Sequence record: MW272540.1
DNA length: 64,000 nt
Direction: 5' to 3' (one strand)
Part shown: positions 43,589-55,127 of the stretch, piece by piece
How the letters are laid out: each line of letters opens with the position of its first letter
Position numbering within the stretch: the stretch's first letter is position 1
Program-made: the position numbers and the translations under genes
Notes under the pieces: generated by a model
What the model was told of the DNA's origin: nothing
The model's input: only the letters and a program-made list of their open reading frames with translations
Database searches by the model: none

Positions 43589-45124
43589 TTATTCTACCAG
43601 ACCAGCGAGAGCGCGGGCTTTAACATCCTTCCAGATTTGGAAGTTAACAAACTTACCGTCGCGGAAAGAAAGTTTCAATTCACCAGTTTCAAATTGTTCC
43701 ATGGTTTGGTTTTCATACAGAACATATTCGCCGTTTTCCTTCTCTACTCGCAGCAGACCCCGAGCGGATTTTTTGCTATCCAGAGCGGTTTTCGGGTTCT
43801 TCTGCATGGACACATGAAGGTCATCGATAATGGAGTGAGTACCCTTGATTGCAATGGAGTAGCTATCGCGGGAAGCATTCTTGAGGAAGCCCCAGCTACC
43901 AACACCCATCAACACGTTAGAGATACACCAGCCACGAGCAATCATACCTTGTTCGATCTTGTCTTGCATTGCACCATCAATCGCCTCACCGTAGATGATC
44001 CCGATTTTCGGATTCAGTACACGAAGACCCTTTTCATTGACAGTACCACCGAAGGTATCCCACAAAATTTGCAGGGTTCCTTTGCGTTCGAGTTCATCGT
44101 CAGACTCATCATCACCCACGATAACCTCAAACGGGGTTTTCGGGCTACTGTCAGGACGAACTACAAACTTACACAGACCCAAGGAATCCGGGGTACGAGC
44201 TTCGATTTCAGGTTGCAGGGCTGCCAGATCCGAAGAGATAAACCGATAGTAATCTTCAGAGTCAGAAACGTAACTCAGGATCCCGGTCGGATACACGTTG
44301 ACCAGAAGGTCACGGACACTCTCACGCTCGGCATGTTCGAAGCCAAGAACGTTACGGTAGTAGGCGATACGCTGGGTTGCGGTTGCATGTTCAAACGCAT
44401 TCACAGAGCACCCAATCAGCTCATTGTCGCTGTTTGCTCCATAGTAGTCTTCGATATAGTCGATTGCCCAACCAGTGTCAGTACCTGCACTAAACAGCAT
44501 ATGACCCATACCGGAGATAGTGGAATCCTCAATACCACGATGTCCGCGAGCAGCAAAACAGTGGAATGCGATTTCAAGCCAGAAATCCGGAGCACCAGAC
44601 CGTTCCATCCACTTCATGGCGGTTTTACGGTATTGACCAGAAACCATCGCAGCATTGCTCATGGGCCAAATCATTGCGCTCAGGTATGTTTCCAGATAGT
44701 TAACCAGCCAGAAGAATTCATCCAGAGTGTTGTTGACTACAAACAGGGGAATACCCATGTTTACCCAGTTACCTTCTTCGATAGAGCGAACTTCTACCGG
44801 GAGGTAACCAAGGTCATGAAGCTTCTTCATTGCTTCAACCATGGATTTACCGTGTTCCGGACCAATGGAGTTTTTCAGACGACGGGCGAAACGCTGAACA
44901 ACCTTCACTTTCGGCTGTTTGAAGAAGTTTTGGTCCCATTGCTCAACAAGATGAGCCAGTGCATATTGCAGACCAAAGAACACCATTTTACCGTTCGAAT
45001 CAATTACGTTTGCGTATTTGTCTGAACGTGGGGTCATGTTAGAAAATACTCGGGTTGTACCCTTGCAATATTGATCAATATGGCTCCATTTGTAGAAGTC
45101 GGACGTCATGTGTGGATATTTCAT
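43589..45124 (-). CDS. nadV: NAMPT/NadV-family phosphoribosyltransferase (probable NARP1 Namat)
   Basis: TSDFYKWSH, FFGLQY, HCFAARG, AFEHAT, SYVSDS, VVRPDS, IIYGEAI, MGVGSW, KNPKT...KKSARGLL. Confidence 0.9.
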   Translation of the reverse strand: MKYPHMTSDFYKWSHIDQYCKGTTRVFSNMTPRSDKYANVIDSNGKMVFFGLQYALAHLVEQWDQNFFKQPKVKVVQRFARRLKNSIGPEHGKSMVEAMKKLHDLGYLPVEVRSIEEGNWVNMGIPLFVVNNTLDEFFWLVNYLETYLSAMIWPMSNAAMVSGQYRKTAMKWMERSGAPDFWLEIAFHCFAARGHRGIEDSTISGMGHMLFSAGTDTGWAIDYIEDYYGANSDNELIGCSVNAFEHATATQRIAYYRNVLGFEHAERESVRDLLVNVYPTGILSYVSDSEDYYRFISSDLAALQPEIEARTPDSLGLCKFVVRPDSSPKTPFEVIVGDDESDDELERKGTLQILWDTFGGTVNEKGLRVLNPKIGIIYGEAIDGAMQDKIEQGMIARGWCISNVLMGVGSWGFLKNASRDSYSIAIKGTHSIIDDLHVSMQKNPKTALDSKKSARGLLRVEKENGEYVLYENQTMEQFETGELKLSFRDGKFVNFQIWKDVKARALAGLVE

Positions 45125-45141
45125 TTTCTCATTTTCCTATG

Positions 45142-45149
45142 TCTAAATA
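45142..45149 (+). promoter_or_regulatory. Late promoter for the antisense homing endonuclease
   Basis: TCTAAATA 17 nt upstream of the ATG, with a GAGGT RBS. Confidence 0.6.
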
Positions 45150-45165
45150 AAGTTAGAGGTATTAT

Positions 45166-46128
45166 ATGTCAAAAGATTTCATCATTACAAGAATAGATAA
45201 AGAATTTATTGGTTCAGAATTTCCAACACCACAAGGCGGAACAATAAAAGTTACCGGGGTATTCGGAGTGGATAAAAACAGAACTAAAATATTCACATCA
45301 ACTTGCACTATTTGTTCCAAGGATACAGAGCTATATCCCAACGAATTTACTTGCTTAAAAGACCACCTATTGAAAGGTTCTGTTCCTTGTGGGTGTTCAA
45401 AGAACCCTTCTTTAAATGAAGCTCAAAGGATAATTCTCATAAACAGGATACTATCTAAAGAGAAATATTCTTTCAACCACTTTATATCAGGTTACAAAAA
45501 TAAACATTCTAAATTTTCTTATGAATGTCCAGATCACGGACAACAAATAACATCATACCAAAGTTTTAGCGAAGGTAGACGTTGTTTGGAATGTTCAAAA
45601 GACAGAAAACGTCATTCCAATGCAGAAGATATTATGGTTTCATCTTGCGAAAGTCAAGGATTAACTTTCATTGGTTTTGAATCGAAGTATGAAAATCAAA
45701 AGTCAAAAGTAATTTATAACTGCCCAAAACACGGAAACCATACCACAGAATTTCGAATTTTAAAATCTGGTCATGGGTGTCCTGCATGTAAATATACAGG
45801 GTTTGACGTTCATAAGCAAGCATTTTTATATCTTGTAAGATGGAAATCCCAATCTGGAAAAACTTGGTTGAAGTATGGAATAACAAACAACCCAGTGGAA
45901 TTTCGTATAAAAAGACAACAACAAACCCACGAATTAGAAACCGGTGAATTTATAGAATATGAAATTCTTCATACCAAAAAAGGGTTGGGCTCTGATATCA
46001 AATCAATAGAGTTGTTAATCAAACGTCAATTCCCACATTCCGGTATATCAAAATCAGAAATGTGGGACGGGTATACAGAGACATTAGAAGAAAAACATCT
46101 ATTTGATATTTTATCAATAATTAGTTAG
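45166..46128 (+). mobile_element. Free-standing homing endonuclease (Zn repeats + GIY-YIG-like), inserted antisense
   Basis: FPTPQGG...CTIC...KGSVPCGC shared with 10311-11405; C-terminal FLYLVRW...LKYGITNN..RIK; only convincing plus-strand gene. Confidence 0.8.
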
Positions 46129-46653
46129 CCGACTTCTGTCGGTTTTTTCTTAAAACACAGAATAACCATACCAATAATAAAGTCTAAAAATCCAGTAATA
46201 GCAAAAAACAAAACGGAATACATGATAAAGCTAGGCCAAAAACCAAAAAACGCAGTTCCCAAAACCGTGAACGTTGCACCTGATGACACCAAGATTAAAA
46301 ACAACGCTATGAGTGCCAGACCAATCAAGGACCCAATCGCACCAGACTTCAAATAATCATCTCTAGACATATAATTCTCCAATCAGTTTAATTCACCAAA
46401 CAATAAAGACCCAACCGCGATATTATAAACGAAACTTTTGATTTCTTCATCAGAAGACCCAGAATTTTTCATTTTTATCATAACATCCCGGACTTTTTGA
46501 TTTTTTGTTACAAGATCGATTCTCTCGTTTAGGATAGACATCATTTCTTCGCTCATAAAATCCTCATGAATTAGTCGGGAATAGGTGGCTGATCAATCAA
46601 CCACCGTAAGACTATACTAGCATAGACAATCTTCTTGAGTCAACAAAAAAATA

Positions 46654-47457
46654 TCAAACGGTCCAATCATATTTGCAATATACGTTGTCGATGAATTCGA
46701 TATTTCGACCCTTAGAGAATACCCCATGGGTAACATACAAGTCAACTTGTTTCGCACCTTTTTCTTTTAATACTTTTGCAAGTTGCATGAAAGTAAACCC
46801 ACCCTCACAGAGATCGTCTACGATAAGAAGAGTTTTTCCATTAACATCCCCTAGAACTTGGGGGTTTGACAATTCTCCTGTAGAAACGTTGCGATGTTTA
46901 CTTGCTTGGATTACATCTTCAACACCTGCTTCAGATGCAACCTTATAAACTTTTTTCAGTGCACCACCATCAGGACTAACGATTGCATCATAGTTATTTG
47001 CATCCAAACCTTCAACACCAATGATACTTTGATTGATATTTTGGCAGTTGTTTAGAAGGGCGACCCCAACATCACTATGACAGTCATCAACAACTACCAA
47101 ATCGAAATTCATGGAATTGATGAAGTTACAAAACACCTTCAATGAAAAACTTTCACCTTTGACCATTACACGGTCTTGTCTGGCGTAAGGAAGGTATGGG
47201 ATATATAGTTGATAGAATGGTTTTGTTACAAACAATTTATCTAATGCATCCTTTAAAATGGCTAGTTGCATAATGTCACCATCTTTGATATCCGCATAGA
47301 TTGATACAACCGACTTCGATCCAAGTTTAATAGCTAAACTTGGATCGATTTTAACGTTGTGTTCTCCACAGTTAAATCGATGAAAATCAAAATCAATCAT
47401 AGTGGTGGATGATAGATCATCCACATTACCAATAACCACTTTAAATTTATTCTTCAT
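46654..47457 (-). CDS. prs: Ribose-phosphate pyrophosphokinase-like protein (probable NARP1 Adps)
   Basis: FNCGEHNV, PYLPYARQDR, DCHS, VSPDGGA, ASKHR, LIVDDLCEGGFTF, VTHGVFS. Confidence 0.9.
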   Translation of the reverse strand: MKNKFKVVIGNVDDLSSTTMIDFDFHRFNCGEHNVKIDPSLAIKLGSKSVVSIYADIKDGDIMQLAILKDALDKLFVTKPFYQLYIPYLPYARQDRVMVKGESFSLKVFCNFINSMNFDLVVVDDCHSDVGVALLNNCQNINQSIIGVEGLDANNYDAIVSPDGGALKKVYKVASEAGVEDVIQASKHRNVSTGELSNPQVLGDVNGKTLLIVDDLCEGGFTFMQLAKVLKEKGAKQVDLYVTHGVFSKGRNIEFIDNVYCKYDWTV

Positions 47458-48025
47458 TTTTAATTACCTTAAATTCTATTTGCTTGAAAGTACACCCTCT
47501 ATGGGTATTTCTTTTTCCTGATACAACTGCATGTACTAACCGATAATCAAATCCGCGATACTTCATTTCGTCATTACCAACCATTATACCAACAATGGTA
47601 TTGGTTTTGTCAAGAGCAAATGTGGTATATTTTCCTCTAATTGAAAATCTCCCAACATCTTTCTTTTGAAGTCCAATTTTATATGCATGAAGGGCGTTTT
47701 CTTGGTTAGTAACCCACTCAAGATTAGAAACATTATTATTGGTTTTGTTTCCATCTTTGTGATTTACCTGATAATCATCAAAACAACCATTCAACGGGAT
47801 GAACAACATAGCAACCATACGATGGATTCTAAAAGATGCCTTTACTTTACCAACCCCGGTACGTATTCTGGGGTATCCACATCGGTCTAATTGAGTCTTT
47901 AGGATCTTGGGTTTGACAATCGCACCTCTACTAGTAACTCGTTTTACACTTTTAACTAAACCTGTACTACTTACGTCAAGTTGAATACCGGTTTTTTCAT
48001 CCTTAAATCTTTTCCAAATTTCCAC
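47447..48025 (-). mobile_element. NUMOD4-HNH homing endonuclease
   Basis: VSSTGLVKS, HRMVAMLF, VNHKDGNKTNNNVSNLEWVT..ENALHA. Confidence 0.9.
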
Positions 48026-48043
48026 CTATTATACAAACCCCAT

Positions 48044-48508
48044 TTAAAATATGTATTGTTCTCGAATATCACCCAAGATATCAACAAACTCAGATTCTGT
48101 CAATATGGTATTTGTGGGATCTTTACATCCCATGGTATGGGTCAAATCTCCGTCTTTGGACATTTCCAAAGCTTTTCTGAATTTTGGGCACTGTTCAAAC
48201 ATGGAAAGATACGCATTGTAGATCAGACCGTCATATGCATCAGATAACCGGTGCATAGGTTGCCCCTTATAATACAAGGTCTGTTCTTTTTTCCAACCCT
48301 GAAATTTCTTCCCCATACGATATGCCCCAATACCATCCAATCCATAAAATTGTTCTGCTTGGAATGGGTCTGCACACTTTAGGGACTGTAGGAAAGCCTC
48401 AATACATCTGTATTGGATACCGTCAAATGTAAAATGGTGTTCATGTAGATTCGATAATGTTCTCTCTACGAAATCACCACTACCAGAGTATATATCATAG
48501 ATTTTCAT
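48044..48508 (-). CDS. 30.3: NADAR ADP-ribosylhydrolase (T4 gp30.3/AdfN-like)
   Basis: LSNL...FTFDGI....EAFLQSLK...FRKALE...LTHTMG..DPTNTILTESEFVDIL aligns with T4 gp30.3. Confidence 0.85.
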   Translation of the reverse strand: MKIYDIYSGSGDFVERTLSNLHEHHFTFDGIQYRCIEAFLQSLKCADPFQAEQFYGLDGIGAYRMGKKFQGWKKEQTLYYKGQPMHRLSDAYDGLIYNAYLSMFEQCPKFRKALEMSKDGDLTHTMGCKDPTNTILTESEFVDILGDIREQYIF

Positions 48509-50239
48509 TTTTAAAGAATAAAAAAGCTACGGATTTCAATTCCCCATTTTCGATCATCCTACCCATAGAGAAGTCTGTATATGAGGTAATATTTTCAACT
48601 GCCTGACCCATTCGATAGATATGTTCCAGCATTTTTGATTTGTCTTTTAATTCAAACCGAATAACCCAACGGGGTTGACACCCAAAATCGGCACGTGTGT
48701 ATTCTGTGATTGAAATATGAACATGATCCCGTAGGGTTTTCAGATTTGTTGGTTCGAACCATTCAACACATTGAGCTTTTTTCTGGATTGTCGCGATTAC
48801 TCTCCCCAAAACAAATTGGTTGGTGTAGTCGTTTTCTTTGTTAACAATTCTCTCACCAAACGCATCAATTTCGTTTTGAAAAAACTTTCTTACATAAGTA
48901 GAGATTTTCATAATATTCCTTAATTTAGAAGGTGTCCGTATTTATTTTGGATATTATCATAGTCGTCACCGTATTGACAAGACTTATCTTTTGCCAATAC
49001 GATTTCAGCCGAGATGAATCGTTCGAAATATCCTGTAATAAACCAAGTAGAGATTTTTTGACGCTTGTCCTTGTCTACCCACATCATCATATCATCATAG
49101 ATATCGTCACTCGTAGCCCAAGGCATTTTTTGAAGGATTTTCTTTAGATTATTTTCTTTATCTTTAGTCAATCCCCAATCATTGAATGCGTTATAGAATT
49201 CGATAAACTGCATCAACTCTTCATACCCGGTCAATGCATCATCATATTGCTTCCAAGCAATACCAAGGGTATCAGAAGTTTCATATGATTTGAAGCTATC
49301 CCCAGTGACATAATTAACTTTAATTTCATAGTGCATTGTATTATCGCTCGTTAAGGATTTTTCTTACTTCGAGTGAATATTTATCTCGCTCTCGCTCGAT
49401 TTCAGAAATATTGTTTTGGATCTTTTCCATCTCCAACGTATATGCGTGGATCCGGTCATTGAATTTTTTCATATCGCAACGAATAATATCAAAAACTGAC
49501 ACTTCTTTTTCAGTTTTTTCAACAGATTCGTCAATGTTTTCATTCTTATTCGTAGAAAGTGTGTTGTAAAAAACGATGGTAACTCTGTCCACACCTTTTT
49601 CAACGGTTCGAGTAACCGAGATTGGATAGACCAACATGTTTTCTGCTACGTGTGAAAACACCTTGTAAAAATATCCCATGACTTTCATATGACCGTAAAT
49701 ATTAACATTTTTGTTATAAATTGCAATTTTATGATTACCATGTATGTCAGTAGACCGATTAATACAAATCGAATTAGACATCCTGAAAGAGGTAGGTTCA
49801 AAAGGACCTTTATTTTTTGCCACAATGCGACCAACCCGAGCAATAAACGCACCCATAGTGTTGTAGTTTGCCAGATTAAACACTGGCGCATCTAGACCAA
49901 CACTAACATTCTTTAGAAGAACAGACCCATAAACGTCGGTCATGTTCGAGAAATAGTTACTAAGATACTTTATAAGATTTTGATTTTTCATTTTATCTCC
50001 TTATTTTTCTACTTTATATTCGACTTTCTCACAACGAAGGCTCTCCAACTCGAATAATTTTGTTGTCTCTTGTTGGAGTTTAAGATCGCATACAGATTTT
50101 GTTGTTGCTAGTTCTACTTGGAACTCCTCACAAACGATTGTGTTGTTTTCGGAAATTACACAAGAGGTAAGAATCAAAGCAAACAAAGTTTCCATATTAT
50201 ATTATCCTCGTTGTTTTCTATATGGACATAATCCCAGAT

Positions 50240-50434
50240 CTAGACCCCACTGTCAAGCATAAATTTATGCTTACAACGACGGCATTTCATATCACAATTT
50301 TGGTTTAACCAACTCACTAATTGTACTTGTTCTGTCGAACAGTTGGGACAAATAGGTTTCATAGAACTAATGGCTCGACGTCGTTCAACTAACTTTGAAA
50401 TGTCTTCATCAAACTGAATTTCATCAAAATGCAT
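50240..50434 (-). CDS. Zn-ribbon protein
   Basis: CPNC...CRRC. Confidence 0.65.
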   Translation of the reverse strand: MHFDEIQFDEDISKLVERRRAISSMKPICPNCSTEQVQLVSWLNQNCDMKCRRCKHKFMLDSGV

Positions 50435-51523
50435 TTTATACACCCAAAAAAGAAAAAACGGTAAGAAGATTTTACCCCTCTTACCGTACAAAGTCAACAA
50501 TTATCTTTTCTTAGTTCTGATATGATCCATCTGGCTAAATCTCTTCTATACTCACCGTATTTCCCAACGTACATAGTCTTATGCTTTCGCATCAACTTAT
50601 AATACTCGTCAGGTTTCAGATGACTACAAGATTTAATCGGGTATCCTAGAACACCAGAGTATTCAGGCCAAGTAACGAACGTCTTTTGTAAAACACCATA
50701 AATGGTGCCAACAAAAGATTTTGTTCTATCTGGCATGATAGAGTTTTGCCTTTTCTTCAAATCATAATAAACGTTAGAACAAAGACCCGCAGAATGTCTA
50801 TAGTCACTAAAGTCATTCATTAACGCAGTTTCTAGCGACTGAATTATAGCTTGCTTTATATTTTTCATTATTCCGACCTCTCTTAATGAGAGGGGAGCCC
50901 CATTCGACTCGCCCGGTAATTTATACAACTACCGTTTTATTTAGGGTAGGAATATTCCTACAAGATTAACCACCGCGTCGAACATACCCCACACCACCCC
51001 AACCGGGAAGAATACAGCAGCATAAAAACGATAATATGCCTCGGCTGGTTCACCGGGAAGATAGATCATTGTGTGTACGTTGTACAGCCAGAAACCAAAC
51101 CAAATAAAAAAGGGAATTACATGTTTAACTGCAATACGGACTATGAAATTGAAAATATTGACAATCCACATAATAATTCCCTCTCTTTTCCTCAGTATCT
51201 GATTAGATTATCTCAGGTCGTGGTCTTTAAGTCAAGAGGATTTTTTGATAAAAACATTATAAAGAACTGTAACCAAAACCACAGGCCAAAACAGAGTCCA
51301 GAACAAAAACGCGAAAATGTATCCAAGGATTCTAACTTTCTTAGGATCTACACCACAATCGATGCATTCTTGTTGGATACGTTCAAACTCTTTCTTTCCT
51401 TTCACCAAATAGTCTGTATCGGCGGGAGCTTTACCAGTAATGACCTTATCGATCTCAGCGAATGCAAAGACTGCGATTACAGCAAAAATTACAGCACCGA
51501 TAACATAAATTGTATACATATTT

Positions 51524-52495
51524 TTATTTTCCTTCAGTAATGATGATATCACGATAATATTGATAGATGTAGTTATTCCAGTATTCCATATCAACTTGTT
51601 CTGGCATACCGTTTTTTGCAGCTTCAATAGCTGATTCTTCTGCAAGATCCATGATGTGTTCCAAGTACGGTTGAACCTCAGTATTGAAATCCAACTTACC
51701 TTGTTTTACATCCTTGATATATGATGCATTTCGTAAAGGGAATTTTAGGTCACCTGTCGTATAGATTTCATAAAGCTGTTCTGCCCCACGAATCGCGTGA
51801 CTCATCGCCTTCCAATCGATACCGGTAGAAGCCTTTTCAGCTCTCGCACCATACTCAGCTTTGATCTTCAAGATCTGTTCAACAAATTCAGAATAACGGA
51901 TCCCAAAAAGATATTTACGACCAAGAACCTCATAATAGTAAACCAACTGGTGTGACGGGTCAACAAATTTCCCAACAATCAAATTTTCACTTTGTGGCAT
52001 ACCAGAAACTAATGACCCAAGCCGGTCGTTTCCATATTCTGACACAGGACGATTCTCGATGAAGGATAACACAGAATTCAATTCTTGTAGCCTAGAACCC
52101 TTCACGCCGTATTTCGACGCCTGTTTACGTACATACCCTAGGTATGCTTGCATCTTTGTCGTATAGAAGCTTGTACGCTGTTCCCGAAGATGTTGAAATA
52201 CAGGATCACAAGAGAGAATCATGTTTTCTGGCGCATGAAGCATATCGATAGCGGCGGTTTCACCCTTCGCAGCCATTTGGATAAATTTCTTAAGAGAAAA
52301 ATATTCCCGGTCAATATCGTCAGATGTGTTTGCTTTTCCTTTAGCCCCGGTATCTCGATGGTATACTTCTTTAGTACCCATAATGATCTGTTGTGGGGAA
52401 GGAATAAATACACCCTTATAATCGGTGTCACTCTCTGGTGTATCCGTACCATAAAGACGGGAACCAAAAACACATTCGTAAATTAGTCTACTCAT
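51524..52495 (-). CDS. nrdC.11: Nucleotidyltransferase (T4 NrdC.11-like)
   Basis: FGSRLYGTDTPESDTDYKGVFIP, GETAAIDML, YLGYVRKQASKYG, DWKAMSHA.R, DLKFPL. Confidence 0.88.
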   Translation of the reverse strand: MSRLIYECVFGSRLYGTDTPESDTDYKGVFIPSPQQIIMGTKEVYHRDTGAKGKANTSDDIDREYFSLKKFIQMAAKGETAAIDMLHAPENMILSCDPVFQHLREQRTSFYTTKMQAYLGYVRKQASKYGVKGSRLQELNSVLSFIENRPVSEYGNDRLGSLVSGMPQSENLIVGKFVDPSHQLVYYYEVLGRKYLFGIRYSEFVEQILKIKAEYGARAEKASTGIDWKAMSHAIRGAEQLYEIYTTGDLKFPLRNASYIKDVKQGKLDFNTEVQPYLEHIMDLAEESAIEAAKNGMPEQVDMEYWNNYIYQYYRDIIITEGK

Positions 52496-53878
52496 TTGTC
52501 AATTTTATCCTTTGTAGATTTACGGAGCCGTCATAATCAACATATTCTACGTTGACTAATACGTGGTCCCCATTATCTTTAAATGAATGTACCTTAAAAG
52601 ATAATTCATCTAGATTAAATCCAGTGGTTCTTGTAATACAATGCATAAAAACTGATTGCATCGTATTACCGCATTGTTGCCACGCCAATTTCATTTTCAA
52701 CTCTCATCTTTAAACAGATACCCACCACAGGTGTCCATGAACCCACGAGTACCACGGTTTTTCCACTTCCGGAAACCTACACGAGTTACATCGAAATTGT
52801 GTGACCGTTGATTACGAATGATAGAAACGTCAGTCTTGTTTACATAAAATTTACATTTTCCACCACAAAACGTGACAAGTACACCACCAAATTCATCAAA
52901 ATAAAGCTCATATTTTCCACCATAATTGATAGCGGTATAACCTTTACTACCTGATGTAGTTCTAGACCACATTATGTGATTTGCAATTCGCTTTGCCATC
53001 ACAAATGATACAAAAATATTTGCGTATACGTGATAAAATCCACGAGACCCATATTTACAACCATTGGCAGGGACCAGTCCCATATGTTGCATAATAGTAG
53101 AAAAAAGTTCTATCTTTTTCATTTATCCAATCCCCAATCTACCATATAACCTTGATTTTTTAGAAAATTATCAACCATAGAACATACCATATAAAGATTA
53201 GATACGTTTGTGGTTGGTGCAACAATTTCAAAATCATTTATGGTTTCTGTATGTTCGTTAAAACGGACTTTATGTGACGATTCAAGACTTCCCATTTCGC
53301 AACGAAACGTATCTAAAAAATCACGCCATGACTCACACTCATAATCATTTTCCAGAATTACAGAAAACCCTACACGATAATGATGATCTATTTTTACATT
53401 TGTCATAAAATCAAGAGGGTTCATAAACCAACACCCCAATATATCGAGTTCCGCGCTCTGTATAATCTGATACTTCGTAACCGAATTCTTTCAAAAAATC
53501 TATGAACCCGTCAATCACATCCGGAGAAATACGATGTAGAATGTTTTGTGGGATGTCAATATAATCTCTTACTGTATCGATGATATCTCGTGTACTAACA
53601 GGGACATCAATCATACTGTAACTTTCGATGATTTTTTGCTTGTAGCAAGCACAAAATACATCAGGGTAATACTGTGAAATATTTTTAAGCAAAACCTGAT
53701 AATCAGCTTGACATTTAGCTTTCAATTCGTTTGCATGTACCATAGTCATACATACCTCTCTTAACGCATCTTACGTTTCTTACTTTAAATTCTGACATGA
53801 TCACATCATAGATTCGTGCTTTACGACCATATTTCGCAATCAGCATTTCCAGTGAGATTTTCATATCAGAACTCCTTG

Positions 53879-53923
53879 TGTTTCGACAAAGAGAGTATCC
53901 CACATCGGGATACTCAGTGTCAA
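53879..53923 (-). promoter_or_regulatory. Early promoter with internal stem-loop, copy 2
   Basis: TTGACA-18 nt-GATACT; GAGTATCCC/GGGATACTC hairpin; near-identical to 27828-27872. Confidence 0.8.
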
Positions 53924-54675
53924 TTATTTTTTTGCAAAACAATACCAAAAGAGAAGGAATATGACCGGTCTGCCTCAACACAGTAGATATCAATGAATCC
54001 GTGTTCACTGTCGATAGTCACTGTGAATTTTTCCGACCCGTTATCTCTAACCATCTGGTCGTATGTCAATTCATCTTCGAAAAAATCCTTTCGCAGAACG
54101 GAATCATAAAATGTCATGGAGTTTCCATCACCGTCCCAACCATCCCATTCCTTAATAAGGTTTGTTTCATACCCTAATGTGTTTGTCTGCCAGACAAAAA
54201 ATTCGAGGTCAGAAAGGATCCGGTTAATTTTACATTTAGTGATGTGGGTGTTGTCCAGTTGGTCCAGTTGGTCAACAAAATCCCAGAAGTTTTTGTCCAT
54301 ATATTGAACAAATTCTGTTGGGCTACCACGGCTAGTATAACGATCCATGAAAATTTCTTTCAAAGCATTGTTTTCGTTTTCAGCCCAGATTGAATGACGT
54401 TCATCTACTTTCTTTTCTGGGTAAACTAGATAGATATCAATCCCCTGATCCACCAGACCCTGAATTACTTCCGGATGGGTAGAAACAAAAAGAAAGTCTA
54501 CTTCGTCCCGCTTAATCTCATCAAAAATAGCAGAAAGGTAGTTATCCGGAAATTGGTCTTTGTTGAATTCAGACGAATCCAGATCTTTTACTTTATATTG
54601 AACGAATTTATTGTTTTTCGTCAGAAAGGATTTCCCAGAACCGGGAAATGCACTATATACTTTAACTTTACTCAT
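53920..54675 (-). CDS. P-loop nucleotide-kinase-like protein with a C-terminal extension
   Basis: AFPGSGKS (Walker A), DLDSS, FVSTHPEV. Confidence 0.7.
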   Translation of the reverse strand: MSKVKVYSAFPGSGKSFLTKNNKFVQYKVKDLDSSEFNKDQFPDNYLSAIFDEIKRDEVDFLFVSTHPEVIQGLVDQGIDIYLVYPEKKVDERHSIWAENENNALKEIFMDRYTSRGSPTEFVQYMDKNFWDFVDQLDQLDNTHITKCKINRILSDLEFFVWQTNTLGYETNLIKEWDGWDGDGNSMTFYDSVLRKDFFEDELTYDQMVRDNGSEKFTVTIDSEHGFIDIYCVEADRSYSFSFGIVLQKNN

Positions 54676-55111
54676 CTTCCATCTCTCTGTTTCTAAAGGC
54701 TATAAAGCTCTCGATATAACCTTTAATGTTTTCCCGACCAATCGGGTTTTGTGTGTGATAATAAATGTGTTCCGGAAGTTCCAGATTATCATATTGCGCA
54801 ATATCGATCAAATACTTAGCACAAGACAATCCATTATATTCTACACCATCTTCATCAAAATCCGCTAGATCATGGTCAAAGCTGATGTACTTCGGGATCC
54901 CGTTATTCCGGATCTCTTCTTTGAACTCTGCGTAATTTCGAACGATTACCCATTGAATATCGTGATCGTAATTCATCCAAAACACATCAGACGGGGTTCT
55001 TTCGTCATCAATGAAAATACCCCGGAATTTTTTACTCAGGTGCTGATTGACTCGATACATCCCAATCAAAATGATGATCAAACCAATCATAGAGAGTACG
55101 TAACCAGTCAT
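54668..55111 (-). CDS. Cyclic-phosphate-processing receiver-like domain protein
   Basis: IFIDDERTP, VRNY.EF, ISFDHDL, GLSCAKYL, HTQNPIGRENI. Confidence 0.82.
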   Translation of the reverse strand: MTGYVLSMIGLIIILIGMYRVNQHLSKKFRGIFIDDERTPSDVFWMNYDHDIQWVIVRNYAEFKEEIRNNGIPKYISFDHDLADFDEDGVEYNGLSCAKYLIDIAQYDNLELPEHIYYHTQNPIGRENIKGYIESFIAFRNREMEDE

Positions 55112-55127
55112 ATCAGTTATCCTTATC

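Noticed and set aside
43637-45025. 462-aa plus-strand ORF
   Set aside because: It is exactly antisense and in register to the NAMPT-like gene, has no recognisable motifs or RBS, and is explained by that gene avoiding TTA/CTA/TCA codons.
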